In this document: positions 1 through 12,224 of the stretch, piece by piece
Numbering within the stretch: the first letter of the stretch is position 1
How the letters are laid out: every line of letters starts with the position of its first letter
Assembly: GCF_001194135.2 (NCBI RefSeq)
Contig: NC_069008.1
Location: forward strand, 11,062,735 to 11,116,442
Direction: 5' to 3'
Length of the DNA stretch: 53,708 bases
DNA from: Octopus bimaculoides
Lineage: Eukaryota
Made by a program: the position numbers and the translations under genes
The notes under the pieces: generated by a model
What the model was told of the DNA's origin: nothing
Database searches by the model: none
What the model saw: only the letters and a program-made list of their open reading frames with translations

Positions 1-183
1 ACGTTGTTTAGAAAATAAAAATTATTTTGTTCACAAAATTTAATTAAAAGAAGAAAAATGTATGAAGTTAACAAAAACAGATAGTGTGTTATTTTTATTC
101 CTTCTACCTATCTACGTTGTTTAGAAAAGAAAAAAGTAATTTTAAAAAAATGATTTACTTTGTTTAAAAGAAATTATTTACTA

Positions 184-325
184 ATTTGCATACGCGCGCA
201 TGCGCACACATGTATTCATTTGCACGCTCGCTCGCGCGCACTTTTCGTAGGATTGACCACTCACGACTAGCTAGCGCGGACGCGCGACAGCGCGGCTGCG
301 CGTTCGGGTCCGCTCTGCTTGAGTA
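184..325. promoter_or_regulatory. CpG-rich promoter-like patch (octamer and NRF1-like motifs)
   Basis: Dense CpG cluster in a CpG-poor window; ATTTGCAT at 184-191, ATTTGCAC at 218-225, palindromic GCGCATGCGC at 196-205; possible minus-strand GTGAGT donor at 264-259. No transcript evidence. Confidence 0.35.
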
Positions 326-709
326 GTACCAATGTTTTTATTATTCATTCCTTTTCGAAATTATCCCTATTTTGTGGTGTAGAGCCTTGGCTGCTCTTTC
401 TAGCGGGTCAGATGCCCTTTATGTATATATATCTGTGTATGTATATATGTGTCTGAGCACGAACACAAAAAAATTTTCCTCTAAGTGTTATCTTCCTTTC
501 AACTTCTTCCTTTTCTTTTTCCTAACTGTTACAACAGCGAAAGCTGATTACAATATTTTCTATAAACTAGAATGTATACTTCACATGTTTGTATTTGAAA
601 TTTTCATGTTTCAGTAATTTTTCTCTGATTTTACTCATTCTCGAATTTGATGGACATATAGCAGTATGGAAGCCAACTCAAGAAATCTCTAGTAAGACTT
701 TTTATTGAT

Positions 710-751
710 GTACCTGAAGAGACCCAGAATGGGTTGAAACATGTGTTGCAC
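710..751 (+). ncRNA. Degenerate minimal type I hammerhead ribozyme (Penelope-like element type)
   Basis: gtac-CTGAAGA-gaccc agaat gggtt-GAAAC-atgt-GTT-gcac, then AATAAA at 754-759; the defects are mostly C/T transitions. Confidence 0.45.
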
Positions 752-926
752 TCAATAAAGTCTATTACACATTCCATCTTCTATTTTATTAATACAGTTA
801 CCCGAACCGCCACTACAAAGTTCCTGCAGGTAATCGAAACTGTGCCAGTGCTTTACTCATCATCCATTTATACATTTTGCACAATTTCTCCGTTATATAT
901 ATATATATAGCTACCTCACCCCCACC

Positions 927-1162
927 CCCAGTCAAGGGACTTTGTCTTGTCTTTCACGCTATTTGGTGACTCTGCTGATGCCATGAAGTAAACACCCAGT
1001 AAACTCTGTAAAGTTCCTGGTATTAGGAAGGACATTCAGCCATAAAAACCATGCGAAAACAGACAATGGAGCCTGGTGCAGCTCCTGGTCTTACAAGCTC
1101 TTGTCAAACCATCCAACCCATGCTAGCACGGAGAAGAGATGTTAATGTTGATGATGACAATG
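927..1162 (+). mobile_element. RTE-clade LINE 3' UTR remnant
   Basis: Diverged match to the 3' UTR following the RTE ORF at 15300-16370 (ttaggaaggac..., ccaacccatgctagca, (gat)n tail). Confidence 0.55.
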
Positions 1163-1196
1163 ATACATACAAACATGTACACACACACACACACAT

Positions 1197-1250
<54 letters not shown>

Positions 1251-2256
1251 AGATATTTATACATGGGCAGATAAGATAGGCAAATAGACAGACAAAAAGC
1301 CAGCTAGATTGCAATAAATTTAAAGAGAAAGATTTATAAAAAGAGCAAAGTGCAAGAGAAAGAAAGAGAGAGAAAAATTGCAAAAAGATGCGAACGAGAG
1401 TCAGTAAATGGGGTTGAATGGGTGTGTATGCAATAACCAGTACAGAGACAATAGACAAAGGGATTGCTCCAAACCCCATAATTGTTTTCATAACATTTTA
1501 GTTTTGTTTTTATTGGTTGTTTGTATAGGAATTGTTCACTAAAAATAAGAATTAAACCAATATTCCAGAGATTTTTTTAAGGTTTGAAATTATTTATTTC
1601 AAACATACCTTCCCATCTTTGAAATTAATTTTGCTGTCATTGCATCAAAATTTAACAATTTCTAACTCACTACACAACCTCCAGCCAAGAATATATTTTA
1701 TCAAAAATAATTATCTTCTGTGTTAGAGCTAGAAAATAACATTATATTCTGGTGTTTTTCTCTTTCTTATTCATGCGAATAAGAAATGATATTTTATTTA
1801 TGCATAAGTGCTTTTCCCTTTCTTATTTATGACTGAAAGTATCTAAAATGGATGGCATTTACTTTAATGTCTGATTTCACCAGAATCCAAGCAGTTGATT
1901 TTCTAAATGATTGATAATCATGCAAATTCGCATGACAAATTCTTAGACCTGATTACCTGATAAGTTTAACTCTATTTTATAAAGTAAATAGCTCTGTTCC
2001 TCCCATCTTGGGTAAAGATGGGAAGAAATGTGGAGAAACTGTTACTCTATGATGTGAATGTTCAACTTCTGCTTATATGTGGTCTAAAGGGCTGCAAATA
2101 GAGAGAATTGTATTTTTTTTATGGTATTACGGTTTAAGTATGCGTGTGTGTGTGTTTGTGTGTGTGTATACTTTTTCATTTTTTCCAAGCATCAAACTAG
2201 TACACCTGTTTGTTATTCCCTCACCTGTCTGTCTTTTGTTTTCTGTACACTTGACC

Positions 2257-2287
<31 letters not shown>

Positions 2288-2418
2288 TATTACAAATAAA
2301 AGGGTAAAGGAATATTAATTTATTAATAAATTAATAATTAATAATTTTTACCAAGCACTTTGGTATGTAAACACCATTATCAGTGAAGAACTTATTTAAA
2401 AGTTCTTGTAAATTTATA

Positions 2419-2523
<105 letters not shown>

Positions 2524-2596
2524 GGATGGATAGATAGATACTACATACATACATACATATGCGCATACATAGACAGATATATATATATATATATAA

Positions 2597-2866
2597 TGTT
2601 GTGTGAGAGTACAATGGTCCCTAGTGAAAATGGACTGGACCACTATACATATAAATAGTAGTAGTCTGAGTAAGTAAGGTAGTTCATGCTAGTTCCACAG
2701 TTTGTGTATTGATAGCTCAAAGCCGGAGTTCAAGTTAGCATATTGGATTGTTGTTTCTTAAAAGATTGTTGTCACATTTCATGTGGTTCGAGCCGTTTGT
2801 TTTGATTATATTGTTATTACACTGTTGTAGTGTATTTGTTTATTCATAAGGATATAGCATCTAGCA
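2597..2866 (+). repeat. 5' LTR
   Basis: Aligns along its length with 5251-5528 (aatggactggaccacta, gttcatgctagttccacag, gccgtttgtttt); right boundary approximate. Confidence 0.85.
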
Positions 2867-2868
2867 AC

Positions 2869-4960
2869 GATGGCTTAAGAACATACCACCATCCACTCCC
2901 CACTGCAGAGGACATTTTTTCAAGGTTAAATGATGGAAAATCTTTTTCCAAATTAGGTCTGCCTGAAGCCAATTACAGATAAAAGTAAATGAAAAATGCT
3001 CAAGGTATTTGACAATAAATACACACAGAGGATTGTACAGGTACACATCATTACCTTTTGGATTAAAAGTGGCACCAACAATATTCCAGCAAGTCTGATT
3101 GTGAATTTGCAATCCTGTACTTGGACGATATTTTGATTAAGAGTAATTCTTATAAACAGCATGTGGAACACATAAAAGCTGTGTTTAAGAAAATTAGTTT
3201 TCAGGTTCACTTTGAGTGAAGAAAAATGCAAATTCTTTCTACTCCAAATTAAGTACTTAGGCTAAATAATTGATAAAAGTGGTAGGTGTCCTGACCCATT
3301 GAGGACAGGCACAATAAGGAATATGCCTGCACCAACGAAATATTTTAACTTTACAAGCATTTCTTGAACTGGCAAACTACTACTAAAACTACATTCCTAA
3401 TATGCACAAGTTAAGAGCTCCATTGAATGACTTATTAAAAATAGGAGTAAAGTGGAATTGGTCCACTAAATGCCAGAACACTTTTGAATAAATAAAAAAA
3501 ATTCTAATCTCAGACCTGTTGTTAGCACATTCTGATCCTGAAATGGATTAGGTGTAGTTCTACTTCATAAATATGAAGACAGAAGTACAAAACCAGTGGT
3601 TCATGTTTCCCACTCGCTAATAGCGGTAGAGAAGAGATATAGTCAAATTGAAAAGGAGACCTTTAACAGTTATTTTTACAGTTAAAAAATTTCACAGGTT
3701 TTTGCATGGCAGAAGGTTTTTTTATCGCAAACAGACCATAGACCTTTGCTGTTGATTTATGGGTCTAAAGAAGAGTTACTGACTCATACTGTGAACCGCC
3801 TGCAATGTTGGGGTGTAATATTGCTGAATTGTAATTTCAAAATGCAATACATTCCATCGAAAAAAAATTGGTGATGTGGACTACCTTTTGAGATTAATTC
3901 CAAAAACTATGAAACCATCAGAAGAGACTGTTATAGCTGCATTGCAGGCAGAAAGGAAAATTAAAAGTGTTATGATGAACGATATCCAAGAACTATCAGT
4001 GACGGCACAAGATATAAGAATGGAAGTGGAGGTGATGAGTATATTATGAAAATAAAAGAAGCTTTAAAAAATAAACAGGATAAAAATTCCGGTGCCAGTA
4101 GTTTTCCAATTTGCAACAATATTCTGATGTATACCCAAAGAGTGGTGGTTCCAACTACATTACAAAAAGGTGTATTACCACAGTTTCACAGCAGACATCT
4201 AGGAATGGCAAGGATGAAGGCCCTGATGAGAAATTATATCTATTGGCCGTCTATGGACTGAGATATCGAAAACTTGGTGAGAATGTGCCAAGTTGTGCAC
4301 TCGGGGCCAAAGCCCCACCAGTAAAATATCAATTGTGACCAGAGAAGGAGAACCCATGGTCTAGGTTACACATTGACTATGCCAGACCAGTAAACGGTGC
4401 TTATTACCTAATCGTAGTAGATAGCTGTACTAAGTGGCTGGAGGTTTGCAGGTGCTATAGACCAACCTCTAAGATAACTATAAAGTTCTTATATGAATTG
4501 TTTGCGTGATATGGTGTCCCCTGACACAATAATTTCAGACAACAGAACGCAGTTCTCTGTGTATGAATTCAAGAACTTCTGTAAAAGGCATGCGATGAAG
4601 CATATTTTCACTTCACCCTACCACCCAAGGTCAAACAGGCAGGTAGAAAGATTTGTGGATACCGTTAAGAGAGTGTTAAGAAAAGCGAGGAATGAATTAA
4701 GTAACGATGAAGCACTGACAAATTTCTTAAGAATATACAGAGTGACCCCCATTTAGAGTACAAATCCAAGGAAGTCTCTTGCAGAATTGATATTCTCAAG
4801 AAAAATAAAAGCCATTTTTGATAAGCTATTACCAGAGAAAAAAAAAAGATGTAAAGGAAATGTGAAAGAGCCAACAAAATATATCAAGATAGGTAATAAG
4901 GTGCATTTCAAAACCTATAGAAACAGTAAAGAAGGCTGGGAAGATGACTTTGTTACCAGA
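2869..4960 (+). pseudogene. Gypsy pol relic (RT, RNase H, integrase) with stops and frameshifts
   Basis: Translates to HPLPTAEDIFSRL, TINTHRGLYRY..LPFG, YLDDILI (3118-3138), HLGMARMKALMRNYIYWP, PWSRLHIDYA, IISDN..QF, TSPYHPRSNRQVERF. Confidence 0.9.
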
Positions 4961-5250
4961 AAAGTATGATGAATCTAATTAAAAGGTCACATGGTGAACA
5001 TAAGAGACATATAAATCAACTAAGGAAGAGGCATACCCAACATCAGGAAGAAATTCCCACAGAAGTATTCTGTGAAATATTCAATGTACTAGCACCAAAA
5101 AGTAATAGAGTCCTGTAGAACCAGAATGAGGAAAAGAAAGCAGACCAAACATCTTGAGATAATGCTCAAATGAAAGAGATACCAGAAAAAATATATACAA
5201 ATAAAAAATTTCTTTATTCCTTGTGGAACATAAAATCTCAAAAGGGGAGA

Positions 5251-5528
5251 TGTTGCTTGAGAGTATGATGCCCCCTGGTGAGAATGGACTGGACCACTAC
5301 ACATAAATAATAGTGGACTGAGTAAGTGAGTTAGTTCATGCTAGTTCCACAGTTCATGTGTTGATAGTTCAAAGCTGGAGTTCAAAGTTTAGTTTGAGTT
5401 AGCATGTTGGATTGTTGGTTCCTGAAAGATTGTTGTTATGTTCCATGTGGTTACTGCCGTTTGTTTTAATTGTATTGTTATTACATTGTTGCAGGGTATT
5501 CATTTATCCACAAGGATAGGCTATAACA
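5251..5528 (+). repeat. 3' LTR
   Basis: TG...CA termini (tgttgc...ctataaca), preceded by the PPT; direct repeat of 2597-2866. Confidence 0.9.
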
Positions 5529-5573
<45 letters not shown>

Positions 5574-5718
5574 NNNNNNNNNNNNNNNNNNNNNNNNNNN
5601 NNNNNNNNNNNNNNNNNNNNNNNNNNNNNNNNNNNNNNNNNNNNNNNNNNNNNNNNNNNNNNNNNNNNNNNNNNNNNNNNNNNNNNNNNNNNNNNNNNNN
5701 NNNNNNNNNNNNNNNNNN

Positions 5719-5734
5719 GACGCTCTTCCGATCT
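5719..5734 (+). other. Illumina adapter remnant at contig edge (assembly artefact)
   Basis: GACGCTCTTCCGATCT equals the 3' end of the Illumina TruSeq universal adapter and directly follows an N gap. Confidence 0.85.
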
Positions 5735-6097
5735 TATATATATAAACCTTTAATATATTGGGTAGTATATTATGGTTGCAAAATGAAATGCAGTGCCCTA
5801 ACAAACAATTACTATGTATCAAGAATGTGTTTAATATGCAAAATTGGTCTATCCAATAGTGTTAATACCACTAACCTTAGAGGCTGTTTAAGCAATGTAT
5901 TTGTGGATAGCTAATGGGTTGGATGTGATACTAAAGAAGTAGCAATAACTCCTGAAATATGCATATACTCCCCTTACCTGTTTTTCTATCTGAAATTGCA
6001 TTATTTACATAAACATATTCGTATACTAAATGTTGTGACTTTCAGTGTAGGCTCCAAACTTTATAGAAAATCTGTAGGGATGCACTTAAAAAATAAT

Positions 6098-6668
6098 ATG
6101 TGTACCTCTCCTCCATTGGACACTAAACTCCGCTTGCAAAGACCTGTTCAGGCAAGTGAAATCGAAATCGAACTAAATTCGACGACTGGCTCCCATGCCA
6201 ACGTCTCCTCCATTGGACACTAAACTCTGCTTGCGAAGACCTGTTGGGGCAAGCGAAAGCGAAATTGTGATAGCACCATCGTTCGAGCATGATCGTTACC
6301 AGCGTCGCCTTCCTGGCACTTGTGCTGCAGCTTCGCATTCCTGGCACTTTTGCCGGTGGCACGTGAGAAGTCATTCGAGCGAGATCGTTGCCAGTACCAC
6401 TGGACTGGCTCCTGTGCAGGTGGCACGTAAAACACACCTTTTTGAGCGTGGCCATTGCTAGTACCGCCCAACTTGCCTTCGTGCCAGTGGCACATAAAAG
6501 CACCCACTACACTTTGGGAGTGGTTGGCGTTAGGAAGGGCATCCAACTGTAGAAACTCTGCCAAATCAGATTGGAGCCTGGTGTAGCCATCTGGTTCACC
6601 AGTCCTCAGTCAAATCGTCCAACCCATGCTAGCATGGAAAGTGGACGTTAAATGATGATGATGATGAT
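6098..6668 (+). mobile_element. RTE-clade LINE 3' end with internal duplication of about 100 bp
   Basis: gagtggttggcgttaggaagggcatcc core and (gat)n tail shared with 15300-15760 and 37085-37530; tctcctccattggacactaaact occurs twice. Confidence 0.7.
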
Positions 6669-7593
6669 GTATATATATANNNNNNNNNNNNNNNNNNNNN
6701 NNNNNNNNNNNNNNNNNNNNNNNNNNNNNNNNNNNNNNNNNNNNNNNNNNNNNNNNNNNNNNNNNNNNNNNNNNNNNNNNNNNNNNNNNNNNNNNNNNNN
6801 NNNNNNNNNNNNNNNNNNNNNNNNNNNNNNNNNNNNNNNNNNNNNNNNNNNNNNNNNNNNNNNNNNNNNNNNNNNNNNNNNNNNNNNNNNNNNNNNNNNN
6901 NNNNNNNNNNNNNNNNNNNNNNNNNNNNNNNNNNNNNNNNNNNNNNNNNNNNNNNNNNNNNNNNNNNNNNNNNNNNNNNNNNNNNNNNNNNNNNNNNNNN
7001 NNNNNNNNNNNNNNNNNNNNNNNNNNNNNNNNNNNNNNNNNNNNNNNNNNNNNNNNNNNNNNNNNNNNNNNNNNNNNNNNNNNNNNNNNNNNNNNNNNNN
7101 NNNNNNNNNNNNNNNNNNNNNNNNNNNNNNNNNNNNNNNNNNNNNNNNNNNNNNNNNNNNNNNNNNNNNNNNNNNNNNNNNNNNNNNNNNNNNNNNNNNN
7201 NNNNNNNNNNNNNNNNNNNNNNNNNNNNNNNNNNNNNNNNNNNNNNNNNNNNNNNNNNNNNNNNNNNNNNNNNNNNNNNNNNNNNNNNNNNNNNNNNNNN
7301 NNNNNNNNNNNNNNNNNNNNNNNNNNNNNNNNNNNNNNNNNNNNNNNNNNNNNNNNNNNNNNNNNNNNNNNNNNCAAACTGAACGTCCAGTATAGGGAAT
7401 TCTCAAGTCAACGTTTTTGAGAGATTGCAGCCCCTGTGAGCATATATGTATACATTTATGTGCTTTTCCTGCAATATTAGAGCATTTTAGCTCTTATTTC
7501 TAGCAATGTAGGTGTCTTGACACACTTAGTCATGTTTAGCAATGTTTATATTTTTCCTTTATGGTATCACATTTCGCATGGCTGTTTATATCA

Positions 7594-7624
<31 letters not shown>

Positions 7625-8112
7625 CGTATGGATATATATAATGATAAGATCCTAGAATCCAAGTGTAAGAAACTTGTAAGCTTCAAGCAGTCCATGACAG
7701 GTACAGAAAACAAAAAGTGGATAGTGAACAGTCAGGAAGAATGAAAATTCTTTAGCCTCGAAGTTTACACACTTTTTCTCATATCAAAGTTACAAAGAAA
7801 TTCAATAAGCTGAAAATTTATGTATAGCTCATGGTTAGCAACTAGAGTTGCTATGAATGTAAACAAAAATCCAAATTGAGGGAATGGAACAGGTAAAACC
7901 CAGGCTACATAGCTTTCCTACCTAGCTGATCCTCTGATGTATCAATTAGTTAATGAAGAGTAGTTTTCTGCTAGCCACTCTTCAGATTGAGGATACTTTA
8001 GTTATATGAAGAAGGTGACATTGTCATTTGGGAATTCCTAAGAAGCATCACATGTGATGTGCAAGAGAGACTGCACTAGTATGGTCATGTGACACATATG
8101 GATGAGGATAGC

Positions 8113-8703
8113 CATTAGCTTTTTTTGATGAATATTCTTTTTTGTATTGTGTTTTGGCACTTCGTCTCTTTCCAACCACCATGCAGAATGCTTGCTATTG
8201 TTGAAAAGAATCTATTTTTTTATCCCACATAACAATATAAAGCAAAAATGGTTCATTTTTATGCCATGACAGCAAAGAACAGTAAGTTTGAAAACATGTC
8301 ATTTGGTGCTCGTTCAGCTCGTGTGGTACTCATTTGTCAATTTATTTCAGATGGATTAATACAGTTGGAATTGAAACATCAAACCTTACTGCTAACTCAG
8401 GCGTAGTTTGAAATGTATCCACTTCCACTACAGTTTGTAGCTCATCATTATCCACCTTGGTCTCAGGTCTACCATGGGGCTGAATTTCAACAGTAAAGTC
8501 ACTAGACCAGAACTCATCACACCATCGACGTACATATAGGCGCAGAAGTGGCTGTGTGGTAAGTAGCTTGCTTACCAACCACATGGTTCCGGGTTCAGTC
8601 CCACTGCATGGCACCTTGGGCAAGTGTCTTCTACTATAGCCTCGGGCAAACCAAAGCCTTGTGAGTGGATTTGGTAGATGGAAACTGAAAGAAGCCCATC
8701 GTA

Positions 8704-8746
<43 letters not shown>

Positions 8747-8756
8747 NNNNNNNNNN

Positions 8757-8794
<38 letters not shown>

Positions 8795-9302
8795 TTGTGT
8801 GTCTGTGTTTGTCCCCCCAGCATCGCTTGACAACCGATGGTGGTGTGTTTACGTCTCCGTAACTTAGCGGTTTGGCAAAAGAGACCGATAGAATAAGTAC
8901 TAGGCTCCCAAAGAATAAGTCCTGGGGTCAATCTGCTCGACTAAAGGCGTTGCTCCAGCATGGCCGCAGTCAAATGACTGAAACAAGTAAAAGAGTAAAG
9001 GAGTAAAAGAGTGTGCTCATTTGCCACATCTTTACCAAACACCTCATTGATCTTTTGAGTTGTTTGAGATGCATTGGTTCCATGATAAAACTCATATTCA
9101 TAAACAACATGAATTTTTGATCTATCCGTGGGTTCACAAAAATTGATTTACAAGAGAAAACTCAGAATATAATCAGACACCATGAAATGCATTTTGAAAA
9201 GTGATAATGTAACTCTTCAATGTTGTAAAACAAAGAATTGTCAGGAGAAAACATTAGAGTTAACGACTGTCAAATTTTGTGCATAAGAAAATCGACCTGA
9301 TA
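8113..9302 (-). mobile_element. Mariner transposon 5' half, split by a SINE
   Basis: Minus strand reads MDRSKIHVVYEYEFYHGTNASQTTQKINEVFGKDVANEHT / VRRWCDEF..SDF..GRP..VDNDEL..ELAVRFDVSIPTVLIHLK..VPHEL; TA/TCAGGTCG TIR-like end near 9300. Confidence 0.8.
8539..9011 (+). mobile_element. tRNA-derived SINE family A, near full length
   Basis: A-box-like tggctgtgtgg, B-box-like ggttcagtcc, gcaccttgggcaagtg core, internal (TA)n, tail ending aaagagta; more than 15 full or partial copies in the window. Confidence 0.85.
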
Positions 9303-9319
9303 TATTCATTTATTCTCTA

Positions 9320-9565
9320 ACTTGTTTCTCTCATTTGACTACAGCCATGCTGGAGCATCACCTTAAGGGTTTTTAGTCGAAGAAATTGATCCCAGGACTT
9401 ATTCTTTGTAAGCATAGTACTTATTCTATCAGACTCTTTTGCTGAACTGCTAAGTTATGGGGACATAAACACACTAGCCTGGTTGTCAAGCGATGGTGGA
9501 GGACAAACACAGACACATAGACATACATACATAAATACATATATGACAATCTTCTTTCAGAAATT
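9320..9565 (-). mobile_element. SINE family A, 3' half
   Basis: Reverse complement of the tail of 8539-9011. Confidence 0.75.
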
Positions 9566-9989
9566 GATGTGTTTTTTCCTTTTATCTTCCATTTTTTTTT
9601 GTTTGTTATTTTTTCTTTCCTTGTTCCTCTTTTTCCATTTTTTCTTTTAACTTGGATTTGTATTCTTGATGTGGTTTTGTATTTTATATGTATCATGTAC
9701 ATACATCTAATACATTTTAATTCTTTATATTATTTTATATTGATTAAAAATATTTGTTTTGGATTACAAACCATCAACTTCTTTTGTCCATCTTTTTATT
9801 CATTAATTATTTTTGAATCATGACATGAATATTATGCAATGCCTACTGTTTCACCTAAAAGATGTAATACACTTGTGCAACATTCATGACCAGCTAATTA
9901 AATGATTGAAAAGATTTGGGCTCCTAAGTCAATCTCATATATGTGATTGTGATCATAATAGTTTATTTGTAAAATGTTCATGGTTTCAG

Positions 9990-10690
9990 GGTGGCTACTC
10001 CTGAAAGTGGATTGGCAAATACTCCTAGTAAAGATGTTCAATAAGGAAGGTGTAATTCTTTGGAAACAGCCACCTTTTGATGGATAAAATCCTGCAGATA
10101 TTGTGCTGTTGGTTATTTGGTGTATTTTTAACAATCATTATGCCTGAACTTGGTGTTGGAAGTTGGTTAACTTTAGCAGACTGGACAATTTTTTATTGTG
10201 ATGTCTTAGCAGAGAATATAAGCTATGATTGGTGATCTTGATATAGTGGTTGCAACAGATGGATCAAAATTCATTCACAGGAAATACAGGCTGGGTGTGC
10301 ATTATGATGGCACTTGGGTGTTGGATGGTATTCAATAAGACAATCAGAAAAACTGCTTTTTAATGATATGCCTGGATAGCAGTCAGTCAACAGCAACCTT
10401 GGAATCTGTCATACTGAAGCATGTCCACCCAGGAACTATCATATTTACAGATGAATGGAAGACATATTGGAACTTAGAGAGTTGTGGAAACTTGCACTTG
10501 ACTGTAAACCAATCCATGTTATTTGTGAATGAAGCCACAAGTGCCACACAAAGCGATGTGGGCTCATGCCAAATGCAAATATCACCAGCTTTATGGTACC
10601 TCCTTAAACTTGTTGCTTACATATTTGACTGGATTCACATGGCAGAAGAGGTACTGCAATAGAAAGTTGGAAAATTTAATTGTTCAAAAA
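9990..10690 (+). mobile_element. Merlin/IS1595-like DDE transposase relic
   Basis: Translates to [49 protein letters not shown]...HLTVNQSMLFV..MWAHAK, matching the recalled Merlin/ISXO2 pattern VEIDES..RKY..I.SD.W..Y..H.TVNHS..FV. Confidence 0.8.
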
Positions 10691-11109
10691 GCTGAGCAAT
10701 ATGGATTTTGAACTCATACAAATGATTATGCATGCATTTACATATTCACTCATATTTTTTTCAAAATTTCAAGTTTCATTTTGTAGAAAATACACTTTTA
10801 GATATAAAAATAACACTTTTACCTGCAACTTCTGTCATTTTAAAACTTCATTTTGCCCAGGAAATCTTTAATAAAATGTGAGTACAATGCTAATACTAAT
10901 TATTGGATACAAATTTCTTTCATTATTCTTATTGCAGACTTTATCTCTCCCTTTTCAGCAAACTCACAAGTAACTCATACGCAGTCATTTCACATGCTAG
11001 AAATAGCAGGGATCACATGGGTATGCCCCTAAGGCCTATAGCATATCAAAAACAGTCACACCAACTGATTCAGCTCTGATATATTTTTTTAATTATGCTA
11101 GTACATGTT

Positions 11110-11370
11110 AGGTTTTACTTGTTTTAGTCATTGGATTGTGGCCATGCTAGGGCACCACCTTTTAGTCAAACAAATCAACCCCAGTGTTTATTTTACTGAG
11201 GTCTGGCACTTATTCTATCATTCACTTTTGCCAAACCACTAAAGTATGGGGAAACAAACAAACCAACACTGGTTGCCAAGTGGTGGTGGCTATAGTAGGA
11301 GGCATTTGCTCAAGTACCATGCAGTGAGACTGAACCCAGAACCATGTGGTTTGGGAAACAAACACACATG
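11110..11370 (-). mobile_element. SINE family A, decayed
   Basis: Reverse-strand matches to tail and head (actgaacccagaaccatgtggtt). Confidence 0.65.
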
Positions 11371-12224
11371 AGGAAACAATGTTAGGATGCATGAAATATC
11401 TGCCTTTACCCAATTTTTGCATAATGATTTCCAATATAGTCATAATTGCCACCATATGAAAAGTATTTCCAGAAAATTTCATTAAAAAATACCCAGTTTT
11501 CAGAAAGTTGTGAGGAAACAAAGCTGACATGTGAGTCTTTCAAAACCCCTCTTCCTATCCCCTTGGAAAAAAACTTTCCCAGCAAATTCCTTTATAATCA
11601 TTATCTATGTTATTTGAAAGGTATGAAAGATACCCGTGTTCCTGAAAATTATGATGCAAAAAGTCAGATCATGTGAATTTTCTGAGACTCCTCTCCCCAC
11701 AATTCCAGAAAAATCTGTTTGCCAACAAATCCTTATATAATCGGAATCTACAGCGTTTGAAAGGTATTTGTTAAAAATTTCTTTAAAATTTATTTTTCTG
11801 AAAGTTATAAGGAAAAAAATTGTGGTGGGAGGAGGCGCACACTTCTGTAGGAATGCTGAGTGGATAGACAGATGGACGGACAGATAGATAAACATATGCA
11901 CGTACATACATACATAAGTACATATGTACACATGTATGTAAATGTATGCATACATACATACATACATACATACATACATACATACATAAATACATACATA
12001 CATACATACACACATACATACACAAATGCATACATACATACATACAAACATACATACATATACGAAGTGTATATTTGTGTGTGTGTGTGTGGAATGTATG
12101 GTTGACGGATTACCTGTGGAAGGCACTTTTCTGACATTTGTAAATTGTCCATCACCTACCATTCCCTCTCCCTTCGTCCAACCAATTATTCTTTCAAATA
12201 ATATTTCAATCAATCATCTTTTCT

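Larger units (their letters stand above)
2597..5528 (+). mobile_element. Ty3/Gypsy LTR retrotransposon, internally deleted and decayed
   Basis: Two about 275 bp direct repeats starting TGTTG, polypurine tract aaaaggggaga abutting the 3' LTR at 5251, internal RT-RNaseH-integrase order. Confidence 0.9.

Noticed and set aside
7950-7990. Hammerhead-like ctgaagagtggctagcagaaa on the minus strand
   Set aside because: Stem II does not pair and no stem I/III partner was found; better read as a short hairpin.
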